From NCBI GenBank assembly GCA_965205085.1, contig OZ242039.1, forward strand, positions 2,981,911-3,045,910: a stretch of 64,000 nt of DNA, written 5' to 3'. A model generated the notes under the pieces. It saw only the letters and a program-made list of their open reading frames with translations. It searched no databases and was not told where the DNA came from. Below, in pieces: positions 1 through 8,768 of this stretch. Origin of the DNA: Bryobacterales bacterium. GTDB lineage: Bacteria > Acidobacteriota > Terriglobia > Bryobacterales > UBA6623. A program made the translations under genes and the position numbers. The number at the start of each line of letters is the position of its first letter. The first letter of the stretch is position 1.

Positions 1-369
1 GCGTGGGTCTCGGGCATCCCCTACCTGTGGCACATGAAAGGAGATCTCGCGCGCCACGAGGCCTGGTACGCGAGTCTGCTCTACATGGGTCTGCACGCCG
101 TCGGCGCGGACCTGAGGGTGGAGGAGGCCTCCTCGAGAGGCCGGGCGGACATGGTGCTGCGTCACGGCGGGCAGGTCTTTGTGCTGGAGTTCAAGATGGC
201 GGAGAGCGAGGACGGCAGCGAGGCCGCTCTGGATGCGGCGATGGCCCAGATGCGCGGCCGGGGCTATGCGGACAAGTACAGGGGCAACGCCGAGCCGGTC
301 CATCTGATCGGTGTGGTCTGCGGGCGCGAGGCGAGGAACCTGCTGGAGGTTCGTGCCGAGCTGGCTTGA
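1..369 (+). CDS. AAA-ATPase-like / PD-(D/E)XK (PDDEXK_9-type) family protein, array copy 1 (3' fragment, 5' end outside window)
   Basis: Frame-1 translation AWVSGIPYLWHMKGDLARHEAWY...VEEASSRGRADMVLRHGGQVFVLEFKMAE...REARNLLEVRAELA*. It is near-identical to the C-termini of the full copies downstream. D...ExK nuclease-type motif (GRAD / LEFK). TGA stop at 367-369. Confidence 0.85.
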   Translation, partial: AWVSGIPYLWHMKGDLARHEAWYASLLYMGLHAVGADLRVEEASSRGRADMVLRHGGQVFVLEFKMAESEDGSEAALDAAMAQMRGRGYADKYRGNAEPVHLIGVVCGREARNLLEVRAELA

Positions 370-829
370 GGGACCGGGAACGAGCCGTACTCCCAGGGGT
401 TGCGATGCAGTCGCCCGCAGGAGCTTCCCTCGCGAGCATCCTGGAGCGGAGTGCACCGCTCCCTGCAATACACATGGAACACCGCCACCGACCCGCCAGA
501 CGATCGTTGGGAGCGACTTCCCGATACGCCGATGGGGGCACGATGAAGCGACGGTGATTTCCCCTGAAACTCGTAAGGGCAGGCTTTGACATGGACTTGC
601 TAACTTGCCGTAGGCAACCTCCGTGCTCCGGCCCTCCCAGACCTGCCCACAACCCCCATTCACGCCATCTGGCCGCCAAAGTGGGGCTGATCCAAGGGGT
701 GCCGATCACGCAGCAGTGAGCGCAGTGGCGCGCCGGGGTGCCTCCGGCATCCCACCATGCAGACACTCGCGCATCGTCAATGGCAGGGGCTTGCCGAGAA
801 ATCGCATCGGGGCGATTCGCCGCCCGATG
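370..829 (+). repeat. Array spacer S1 (3' module plus part of leader), cut at 829/830 by IS66
   Basis: Almost identical to 8215-8674 and 10335-10794. It ends exactly at the IS66 target duplication. Confidence 0.85.
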
Positions 830-2730
830 GTAACTACCCAGGTTCTCGGCCTGAGTTCGCATTTTTTGGCAGGGCTTGTGTTGGGACGTGCGCACCGTGT
901 GGCGCGTGGCGAGACCGGCTGCCGTCGCAGGCCGTCTACTGCCCGCTGGGCGGGAGGCTCGGGGCCAGGCCCACCCGCTCCAGCAGGGCCGCCGGCCCCT
1001 CGAGCAGGGTCTCGATCGGCTTCAGCCCCTGCTTGCGCGCCGTCGACAGCACACTGCGCAGCGTGACGAACTCCCGCGCCCCTTGCAGCGAACGGAACCC
1101 TCCCGAGATCCTCCTCAGCAGCTTCATCATGCGCAAGTCCCGCTCTCCCAAGTTGTTCGTGAACGGCACACTCAAATCGAACAGGAAAAGCAACACCCAG
1201 GCGCGTCTCCGTTCCAGCCGCAAGGCCAGATTATGGCCGGGCCGACGTTTCGGGCGGCCCCGCCGGCCGGTCGGCAACGGCGGCAGCCCGCTGTGATAGT
1301 CCAGGGCCTCTTGCACCAACTCGTCGTAGCGGCTCTCCATCCGCTTCAACATCTGGGGCGCCACCACCGCGCCCCGTTTGCGGGCCCACTCCGCCACCCG
1401 CTTGGCCGCTCGCAGAAAACGCTGCATCCGCCCGGCCCAGGCTTCCCCGTCGATCTTCACCAGGGCCTCTAACTCGCGCAAATGATGGGCGTTGCACAGT
1501 GCGTGCAGCCCATCCGGCACCTGGAAGTAGGGAGCCCAGTGATCGTGCACCAGGATCCCTCGCAGCCCCGCCAACACCCCGCCCCGCTTCTCACTGATGC
1601 GGTAGTAGGTCAGCAACTGATTACTCAGTCCATGCAGCCACTGTCCTCGTCCCGCCACCCGGAAACCGGTCTCGTCAAGGTGCTTCACCCCGGGGCAAGT
1701 GATGAGGTGCTCCCGGATCCGCTCGACGAAGGGCTCCCAAGCCTCCGCCGCCCGGCGGCGCAGGTTGTTCAGGGTGCCGGGGCACAGGCTCACGCCGAAC
1801 AGGTCCCGCAGGATTTGGGTCAGTCGCTCCTCGGGCACGAAGTGGGCGTTCTGCAAGTAGATCGCCGTGGCCGCCAGACGCGGCCCGTACTGCACCGGGG
1901 CCGTCACGTCCTCCGGAAAGGCGGCCCGGGTCGAGAGCCCGCAGCGCCGGCAGCGACAGGCCAACGCCCGATGCTCGGTCACTTCCGGCTTGGGTTCCGG
2001 GAGATCAAGGACCTGCCGCCGCTTCGCCTCCCCGTCCACATCCGCCCGCCTCAGGGCTTTGCCGCACCGGCCGCAGGCTTGCGGAAAGTGCTCCTGAATC
2101 CGGTCCGGGTGGTCCGTCTGGTGCAGCGTCGTGCCCCGGTGCCCTTTCTGCCCCCCGCTGCGCCGGCCGCTGCGCCGCCGCTGGCTGCGGGTCCGCTGGC
2201 TGGCCGGCGGTTTCGCCAGCCCATCGCTCGACGGGGGTTTCCCGCTGTTGCTGCTGTTCAGGCCCAAGCTCCGCCGCGACTGCTGCCCTTCCTCCTGCGC
2301 GGCCTCCAACTGCTGTGTCCACTGCTTTCGCTCAGCCTCCCACTGGGCTTCTTTCGCTTGCCACTGCTTTCGCTCGGCTTGCCACTGGCCTTCTTTCGCC
2401 TGCCACTGGGCGTCCTTCGCTTGCAAGCGGGAGTTCTCCGTCTGCAACTGGGTGGTTTTCGCCTGCCAGCGGGTGAGTTCGGCTTGCACCTGACCGAGCT
2501 TGGCCTGCAGACGAGTCCTCTCCGCCTGCCAGTGCAGCAGTCGGGACTTGCTCTTGGTGCGCTGCCCCTGCATGACCCGGCCTCGGCTCCGGCTTGGCCT
2601 GAGCCTGCGGCTGGCTCGCTACGGCCTCGACTTCCGGAAAGGACTTCATCCTACGCCTTCTCCGCCCAAAAGTCAAGCGCCCCTCCCCCTGCTGATCCTT
2701 CTCCGGGACCCAAAGTACCTGGGCAGTTAC
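830..2730 (-). mobile_element. IS66-family insertion sequence (single-ORF type), intact
   Basis: Imperfect terminal inverted repeats GTAACTACCCAGGT (830-) and GTAACTGCCCAGGT (reverse complement of -2730), starting with the GTAA typical of IS66. Flanked by an 8-bp direct duplication GCCCGATG (822-829 and 2731-2738). Removing the element plus one TSD restores the spacer sequence seen in the other copies. Confidence 0.9.
936..2573 (-). CDS. IS66-family transposase (TnpC-like)
   Basis: 545 aa. N-terminal coiled coil with WQAK/WQAE repeats. Cys-rich zinc-finger segment (CGRCGKAL...CRCRRCG). DDE core with HLDETGFRV...WLHGLSN...YY motifs typical of IS66 transposases. Confidence 0.9.
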   Translation of the reverse strand: MQGQRTKSKSRLLHWQAERTRLQAKLGQVQAELTRWQAKTTQLQTENSRLQAKDAQWQAKEGQWQAERKQWQAKEAQWEAERKQWTQQLEAAQEEGQQSRRSLGLNSSNSGKPPSSDGLAKPPASQRTRSQRRRSGRRSGGQKGHRGTTLHQTDHPDRIQEHFPQACGRCGKALRRADVDGEAKRRQVLDLPEPKPEVTEHRALACRCRRCGLSTRAAFPEDVTAPVQYGPRLAATAIYLQNAHFVPEERLTQILRDLFGVSLCPGTLNNLRRRAAEAWEPFVERIREHLITCPGVKHLDETGFRVAGRGQWLHGLSNQLLTYYRISEKRGGVLAGLRGILVHDHWAPYFQVPDGLHALCNAHHLRELEALVKIDGEAWAGRMQRFLRAAKRVAEWARKRGAVVAPQMLKRMESRYDELVQEALDYHSGLPPLPTGRRGRPKRRPGHNLALRLERRRAWVLLFLFDLSVPFTNNLGERDLRMMKLLRRISGGFRSLQGAREFVTLRSVLSTARKQGLKPIETLLEGPAALLERVGLAPSLPPSGQ

Positions 2731-2900
2731 GCCCGATGTAGAATGTTGGCAGCGAGCAAGACCCGGCCGCCCCGGAGAGCGGAGGGACAACGGAGCGTCG
2801 CAGTCGCACGGAATAGCGTGCAGGGCCCGGCAGACAACCCTTTCCGCGCTCCCCATTGGCCGGTCTGGTCCACCGTGCGGTGTCGCGAAAGGAAAGAGCG
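2731..2900 (+). repeat. Remainder of spacer S1: TSD, TAGAAT box and long-variant leader of copy 2
   Basis: Continues the spacer consensus immediately after the IS66 TSD. Same long leader variant as 10795-10956. Confidence 0.8.
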
Positions 2901-4466
2901 ATGACCCGACAGTGCCTTCCGATCGGGATCCAGGACTTCAGGACGATCCGGGACGAGGGCTTCTACTACGTCGACAAGACCCCGCTGGTCCGCCGGCTGG
3001 TGGACGAGGGGCGCCACTATTTTCTGTCTCGGCCGCGCCGCTTCGGCAAGAGTCTGTTGCTGGACACCCTGGCGTCGCTGTTCGAGGGACAAGAATCCCT
3101 GTTCCGGGGTCTGGCCATCCACCCGCACTGGGACTGGTCCTCGCCGCACCCGGTGGTACGGCTCAGCTTCGACGGGAAGTACAACCAGCCGGGCGAAATC
3201 GAGGGGGACATTATCGAGCAGTTGGAGGCCGTTGAGCGGGCCCACGATCTAGCACCAGCCCCAACCTCCGACACCGGCCCGAGGCGCCTCCGAAACATTC
3301 TCGACCGACTGCACAGCACCACCGGCCGGCAGGTGGTGGTGCTGGTGGACGAGTACGACAAGCCGATCCTCGACGTGCTCCACGACCCGGACCTCGCGAC
3401 CGCCAACCGGGACTACCTGCGTGGCTTCTACGGCATCGTCAAGGGCAGCGCCAGACATGTTCGCTTCGTCTTCGTTACCGGCGTCAGCATGTTTTCCAAG
3501 GTCAGCCTCTTCTCGGGCCTCAACAACCTGAAGGACATCAGCCTCGACCCGCGCTATGCCACCCTCTGCGGCTACCGGGAGGAAGACTTGGACCGGGTCT
3601 TCGGCCCCGAGCTGGCCGGGCTCGACCGGGAAACCATCCGCACCTGGTACAACGGCTACCACTGGCTGGGCGAAGAGCGGGTCTACAACCCCTACGATGT
3701 GCTCCTGCTGCTGGATACCCGCAAGTTCCGGCCCTACTGGTTCGAGACCGGGTCGCCCAACTTCCTGTTCCGGATGCTGATGGAGAAGTCGGTCAGCCCG
3801 ATGGATATCGAGGGCCGCCTGACGGACAGCACGCTGGTCTCGAAGTTCGATGTCGGCAACATCCATATCGAGGCGCTGCTCTTCCAGACCGGCTACCTGA
3901 CCATCGCGGAGGAACTGCAGCAGGGTCATCGGACCCTCTACCGTCTGGACTATCCCAATCTCGAGGTCCGGCTCAGCCTGAACGACCAACTGCTGGCCTG
4001 GCTGGGCCAGGCGGGCTCCGAGCCGGTGGAACGGGGGCAAGAGCTCTGCGCGCTGCTGGAGGCGCACGACTTCGCCGGCTTCGGCGAGATCTTCCGCGCG
4101 TGGGTCTCGGGCATCCCCTACATGTGGCATATGAAAGGAGATCTCGCGCGCCACGAGGCTTGGTACGCGAGCCTGCTCTATATGGGTCTGCGGGCCGCCG
4201 ACGCGGACGTGAGGGTGGAGGAGGCCTCCTCGCGCGGCCGGGCGGACATGGTGCTGCGTCACGGCGGGCAGGTCTTCGTGCTGGAGTTCAAGATGGCGGA
4301 GGGCGAGGATGGCGGCGAGGCCGCGCTGGATGCGGCGATGGCCCAGATGCGCGGGCGGGGCTATACGGACAAGTACGAGGGCAACGCCGAGCCGGTCCAT
4401 CTGATCGGCGTGGCCTGCGGACGCGAGGCCAGGAACCTGCTGGAGGTTCGCGCCGAACCGGCTTGA
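2901..4466 (+). CDS. AAA-ATPase-like / PD-(D/E)XK family protein, array copy 2
   Basis: 521 aa. MTRQCLPIGIQDFRTIRDEGFYYVDKT...YFLSRPRRFGKSLLLDTL (AAA-ATPase_like N-domain signature). C-terminal GRADMVL...VLEFK nuclease motif. ATG preceded by AAAGGAAAGAGCG. Confidence 0.9.
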   Translation: MTRQCLPIGIQDFRTIRDEGFYYVDKTPLVRRLVDEGRHYFLSRPRRFGKSLLLDTLASLFEGQESLFRGLAIHPHWDWSSPHPVVRLSFDGKYNQPGEIEGDIIEQLEAVERAHDLAPAPTSDTGPRRLRNILDRLHSTTGRQVVVLVDEYDKPILDVLHDPDLATANRDYLRGFYGIVKGSARHVRFVFVTGVSMFSKVSLFSGLNNLKDISLDPRYATLCGYREEDLDRVFGPELAGLDRETIRTWYNGYHWLGEERVYNPYDVLLLLDTRKFRPYWFETGSPNFLFRMLMEKSVSPMDIEGRLTDSTLVSKFDVGNIHIEALLFQTGYLTIAEELQQGHRTLYRLDYPNLEVRLSLNDQLLAWLGQAGSEPVERGQELCALLEAHDFAGFGEIFRAWVSGIPYMWHMKGDLARHEAWYASLLYMGLRAADADVRVEEASSRGRADMVLRHGGQVFVLEFKMAEGEDGGEAALDAAMAQMRGRGYTDKYEGNAEPVHLIGVACGREARNLLEVRAEPA

Positions 4467-4493
4467 GGGACCGGGAACGAGCCGTACTCCCAG

Positions 4494-6016
4494 CAGGCAA
4501 ATTCAATGTTTGCCTGAGAGGGCCTAGGAAAGGCAGCAGCAGGCGCACCGCCGCGTTCGGCTGGAAGCGCAACTGGCTCATGCGGCGCTGGATGTTCTGC
4601 ACTTTCAGCAAGCGCAGCAGCGAGATGGCGAAGTTCGAGATCGCGGCCAGCAAGCGCGGCAGGGCGCCCTTGCGAATGCGGCTGCGATCCTCCCGGAGGG
4701 CTACGTCGCGGACGTAGTGCACGCGGTTCTCGATGCCCCAGTAGTGACGGTTCAGTTGCAGCAGCCGTTGCGGCGTGATCTGGTCCGGGCGCAGACTGGT
4801 GATCAAGTAGATCGTCTCCGGCTGGCGTTGCCGACCGTCCTTCTTGAACTCGACCTCACGGCGCACCTGGGCCACGCAGCGAACCCCGGGAAACTCGAGC
4901 CAGGGCTGCTTCGGATCGAGTTCCTGCGAGACGCGCAAGGTGCGCTGCTCGATGCGTCCGTGGTCGAGACCGGACTCGCTGTGGGGGGTCTGGCCAGCCC
5001 AGTCGATACCGTCCCGGATCGGCTCCAGCAGCGTCGGCTGATTGCCCTTGACGGTCAAGAGGAAGTCGAAGCCATCGGCCAGCAGTTGCGCAGCCGTCTC
5101 ACGCTGGGTGTGCAGCGCATCGGCCAGCACGCACAGTTTGCGCCCGTGGAGTTGCGCGCGCGTCAAACGCCGCAGGGCGGCCGCCTCGGCATCTTCTTTC
5201 TGGCCGCTGAAACCGAGTTGCGCAACGACCGTGCCGGAGTCGATGTCGAGTGCCGAGAGTTGCTGCTGGGGTGGCTTGGCCTGCGGCTGGCCAGCCGCGT
5301 CCAAGTCCCGGTCCTACGACCCGCGCAGCACTTTGCCGTCGATCGCCACGGCCGACAGCAAGGGCTCCGCAGCGCCCTTGCCGGCCGCCTTCGCAGCGGG
5401 CGGGGGCAGAACTTGCGCTGCGGTCCAGGCGGCCAGCAAGCGCTCGACCTGGCACAGCGGTACGACCGGATGGCCTGCAGTGTGGACTGGTCCAGCGCCC
5501 GCCCGAAATCGCTCCATTCGGTGAGACTCTGACAGCCTGCCAGCCCGGCTGGGGCTGGCTGGCAGCCAGTTGCGTCGGCACCTGACGGTGCAGGGGATAG
5601 ACGAAGACCCGCTTGGGCAGGCCATGAGCCTGATAGCCGCGGGGTGCGCCCCGAACCCGTCGGTAGCCTTGGGTCTGACCGATTTCCAGCCAGTTCGCGG
5701 CACGATAGCAGGTGCCGGCAAACCGCCGCGGATCGACGAAAGTCTCAGCCAGCAAGAGCGGTGCCGCAGGCTGGCGTTGCCGCTGAGTCCAGCCAATCCA
5801 GCGCTCGCGCGCGGCACAGTGCCAAGCCGCCGACTGCCAGCCCAGCAGGGCCAGCTCCTGCTCGCCGAGCACGGCGACTTGGCGCAAACGCTGCCCGCAC
5901 AATTGGCGGAATCCGAGATCGTGCTGGGCCCGCATCAAGGCATTCCAGCTCGCTTCTTCCTCGCGCCGGACGGTGCGCACGCGCACCGCCCGCAAGGGAA
6001 TCGGATCCAAGGCCAC
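4494..6016 (-). pseudogene. ISAs1-type DDE transposase with DUF4338-like N-terminal domain; frameshifted and carrying an in-frame TAG
   Basis: Three ORF pieces. 5099-6016 has WIGW...FAGTCYRAANW...VFVYPL, resembling the N-domain of the IS4-like transposase at 54296-56629. 5314-5817 ends AIDGKVLRGS then TAG at 5314-5316. 4288-5304 is in the same frame and has HGRIEQR...HYWGIENRVHYVRDVALREDRSRIRKG, typical of ISAs1. The ORF has no stop inside the element and runs out antisense into copy 2. Confidence 0.75.
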
Positions 6017-6111
6017 TCTGGGTGTTATCGCGCATCCAGCACCTCTTTGTCCACCCCTCCCCGCTGCCCCTTACCCCCACGCCTAGCCAAACCAAGCTTT
6101 GAAAATCCCTG
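4494..6111 (-). mobile_element. ISAs1-like insertion sequence, decayed
   Basis: Imperfect IRs CAGGCAAATTCAATGTTTG (4494-) and CAGGGATTTTCAAAGCTTG (reverse complement of -6111); the CAGG(G) ends fit ISAs1. Flanked by a 10-bp duplication GTACTCCCAG (4484-4493 and 6112-6121). Excision restores the spacer consensus 27 nt after the copy-2 stop codon. Confidence 0.8.
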
Positions 6112-6648
6112 GTACTCCCAGGGGTTGCGATGCAGTCGCCCGCAGGAGCTTCCTTCGCGAGCATCCTGGAGCGGAGTGCACCGCTCCCTGCAATACACAT
6201 GGAACACCGCCACCGACCCACCAGACGATCGTTGGGAGCGCCTTCCCGATACGCCTATGGGGGCACGATGAAGCGACGGTGATTTCCCCTGAAACTCGTA
6301 AGGGCAGGCTTTGACATGGACTTGCTGACTTGCCGTGGGCGACCTCCGTGCTCCGGCCCTCCCAGACCTGCCCACAACCCCCATTCACGCCATCTGGCCG
6401 CCAAAGTGGGGCTGATCCAAGGGGTGCCGATCACGCAGCAGTGAGCGCAGTGGCGCGCCGGGGTGCCTCCGGCATCCCACCATGCAGACACTCGCGCATC
6501 GTCAATGGCAGGGGCTTGCCGAGAAATCGCATCGGTGCGATTCGCCGCCCGATGTAGAATGTTGGCAGCGAACAAGACCCGGCCGCTCCTTCCGCGCACC
6601 CCATCGGCCGGTGTGGTACACGATCCGGTGCTGCGAAAGGAAAGAGCG
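6112..6648 (+). repeat. Array spacer S2 (continuation after ISAs1 insertion), short-variant leader of copy 3
   Basis: Near-identical to 8232-8768. Confidence 0.85.
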
Positions 6649-8214
6649 ATGACCCGACAGCGCCTTCCAATCGGGATCCAGTACTTCCGGCGCCTGCGGG
6701 AGACCGGCAGCTATTATGTCGACAAGACCTCCCTCATCCGGCAACTGATCGAGCAGGGGGACTACTATTTCCTGTCCCGGCCGCGCCGCTTCGGCAAGAG
6801 TCTGTTGCTGGACACTTTGGCATCGCTGTTCGAGGGACAAGAAGCCCTGTTCCGGGGTCTGGCCATCCACCCGCACTGGGACTGGTCCTCGCCGCACCCG
6901 GTGGTGCGGCTTAGCTTCGACGGGAAGTACAACCAGCCGGGCGAAATCGAGGGGGACATTATCGAGCAGTTGGAGGGCATGGAGTGCGAGTACGATCTCG
7001 CGCCGGCCCGGTCCTCCGATACCGGCCCGACGCGTCTCCGCAACCTGCTCCGGCGGCTGCATAGCAGCACTGGCCGGCAGGTGGTGGTGCTGGTGGACGA
7101 GTACGACAAGCCGATCCTCGATGTGCTGCACGACCCGGAGCTGGCAACCGCCAACCGGGACTACCTACGCGGCTTCTACGGCATTGTCAAGGACAGCGCC
7201 AGACATGTTCGCTTCGTCTTCGTTACCGGCGTCAGCATGTTCTCCAAGGTCAGTCTCTTCTCGGGCCTCAACAACCTGAAGGACATCAGCCTCGACCCTC
7301 GCTATGCCACCCTCTGCGGCTACCGGGAGGAAGACCTGGACCGGGTCTTCGGCCCCGAGCTGGCCGGGCTCGACCGCGAAACGATCCGCACCTGGTACAA
7401 CGGCTACCACTGGTTGGGCGAAGAGCGGGTCTACAACCCCTACGATGTGCTCCTGCTGCTGGATACCCGCAAGTTCCAGCCCTTCTGGTTCGAGACCGCA
7501 TCGCCCGAGTTCCTGTTCCGGATGCTGATGGAGAAGTCGGTCAGTCCGATGGAAATCGAGGGCCGCCTGACGGACAGCACGCTGGTCTCGAAGTTCGATG
7601 TTGGCAACATTAGTATCGAGGCGCTGCTCTTCCAGACCGGCTACCTGACCATCGCGGAGGAGCTGCAGCAGGGTCATCGGACCCTCTACCGTCTGGACTA
7701 TCCCAATCTCGAGGTCCGGCTCAGCCTCAACGACCAACTGCTGGCCTGGCTGGGCCAGGCGGGCTCCGAGCCGGTGGAGCGGGGGCAAAGGCTCTGCGCG
7801 CTGCTGGAGGCGAACGACTTCGCCGGCTTCGGCGAGACCTTCCGCACGTGGGTCTCGGGCATCCCCTACCAGTGGCATACGAAAGGGGATCTCGCGCGCT
7901 CGGAAGCCTGGTACGCGGGCATGCTCTACATGTGCCTGCGCGCCGGCGACGCGGACGTGAGGGTAGAGGAGGCATCCTCGCGCGGCCGGGCGGACATGGT
8001 GCTGCGTCACGGCGGGCAGGTCTTCGTGGTGGAGTTCAAGATGGCGGAGGGCGAAGATGGCGGCGAGGCCGCGCTGGATGCGGCGATGGCCCAGATGCGC
8101 GGCCGGAGCTATGCGGACAAGTACGGGGGCAACGCCGAGCCGGTCCATCTGATCGGCGTGGCCTGCGGACGCGAGGCCAGGAACCTGCTGGAGGTTCGCG
8201 CCGAACCGGCTTGA
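6649..8214 (+). CDS. AAA-ATPase-like / PD-(D/E)XK family protein, array copy 3
   Basis: 521 aa. MTRQRLPIGIQYFRRLRETGSYYVDKT...RPRRFGKS...GRADMVL...VVEFK. The upstream in-frame extension to 6463 lies in the spacer and is rejected. Confidence 0.9.
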   Translation: MTRQRLPIGIQYFRRLRETGSYYVDKTSLIRQLIEQGDYYFLSRPRRFGKSLLLDTLASLFEGQEALFRGLAIHPHWDWSSPHPVVRLSFDGKYNQPGEIEGDIIEQLEGMECEYDLAPARSSDTGPTRLRNLLRRLHSSTGRQVVVLVDEYDKPILDVLHDPELATANRDYLRGFYGIVKDSARHVRFVFVTGVSMFSKVSLFSGLNNLKDISLDPRYATLCGYREEDLDRVFGPELAGLDRETIRTWYNGYHWLGEERVYNPYDVLLLLDTRKFQPFWFETASPEFLFRMLMEKSVSPMEIEGRLTDSTLVSKFDVGNISIEALLFQTGYLTIAEELQQGHRTLYRLDYPNLEVRLSLNDQLLAWLGQAGSEPVERGQRLCALLEANDFAGFGETFRTWVSGIPYQWHTKGDLARSEAWYAGMLYMCLRAGDADVRVEEASSRGRADMVLRHGGQVFVVEFKMAEGEDGGEAALDAAMAQMRGRSYADKYGGNAEPVHLIGVACGREARNLLEVRAEPA

Positions 8215-8768
8215 GGGACCGGGAACGAGACGTACTCCCAGGGGTTGCGATGCAGTCGCCCGCAGGAGCTTCCTTCGCGAGCATCCTGGAGCGGAGTGCA
8301 CCGCTCCCTGCAATATACATGGAACACCGCCACCGACCCGCCAGACGATCGTTGGGAGCGACTTCCCGATACGCCTATGGGGGCACGATGAAGCGACGGT
8401 GATTTCCCCTGAAACTCGTAAGGGCAGGCTTTGACATGGACTTGCTGACTTGCCGTGGGCGACCTCCGTGCTCCGGCCCTCCCAGACCTGCCCACAACCC
8501 CCATTCACGCCATCTGGCCGCCAAAGTGGGGCCGATCCAAGGGGTGCCGATCACGCAGCAGTGAGCGCAGTGGCGCGCCGGGGTGCCTCCGGCATCCCAC
8601 CATGCCGACACTCGCGCATCGTCAATGGCAGGGGCTTGCCGAGAAATCGCATCGGTGCGATTCGCCGCCCGATGTAGAATGTTGGCAGCGAACAAGACCC
8701 GGCCGCTCCTTCCGCGCACCCCATCGGCCGGTGTGGTACACGATCCGGTGCTGCGAAAGGAAAGAGCG
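8215..8768 (+). repeat. Array spacer S3: about 315-nt 3' module (candidate structured RNA) plus about 240-nt leader
   Basis: Complete, uninterrupted spacer. Strong hairpins at 8288-8307 (GGAGCGG/CCGCTCC), 8580-8598 (GGGGTGCC/GGCATCCC) and 8645-8662 (AATCGCA/TGCGATT). Long-range pairing 8422-8428 with 8487-8493. Confidence 0.85.
8675..8680 (+). promoter_or_regulatory. Possible -10 box TAGAAT for the downstream array copy (equivalents at 2739, 6555, 10795)
   Basis: TAGAAT is conserved 89-157 nt upstream of each ATG. I could not find a convincing -35, so this is weak. Confidence 0.2.

Noticed and set aside
2330-2480. Tandem ~33-nt imperfect repeats (ccactgg..ttcgc..) inside the IS66 element.
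   Set aside because: They encode the WQAK/WQAE heptad-like coiled coil at the N-terminus of the transposase. This is a coding feature, not a separate repeat element.
3249-4400. Long antisense or overlapping ORFs opposite confidently called genes. Examples: 3249-4400(-), 7165-8508(-), 8622-9590(-), 10156-11439(-), 31356-32987(-), 40426-41793(+), 42977-44632(+), 54075-55451(-), 55496-56581(+), 17627-18538(-).
   Set aside because: Their translations are Arg/Pro/Gly/Ala-rich and low in complexity, with no motifs. They lie exactly opposite genes with clear family signatures. This is expected from stop-codon scarcity in a GC-rich genome.
6025-6600. Small ORFs inside the array spacers. Examples: 6099-6314(+), 6083-6388(-), 6255-6599(-), 6330-6557(+), and their equivalents in every spacer.
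   Set aside because: The homologous nucleotide stretches fall in different frames in the diverged copies S5 and S6 (non-triplet indels). The peptides have no recognisable features. I treat them as non-coding.
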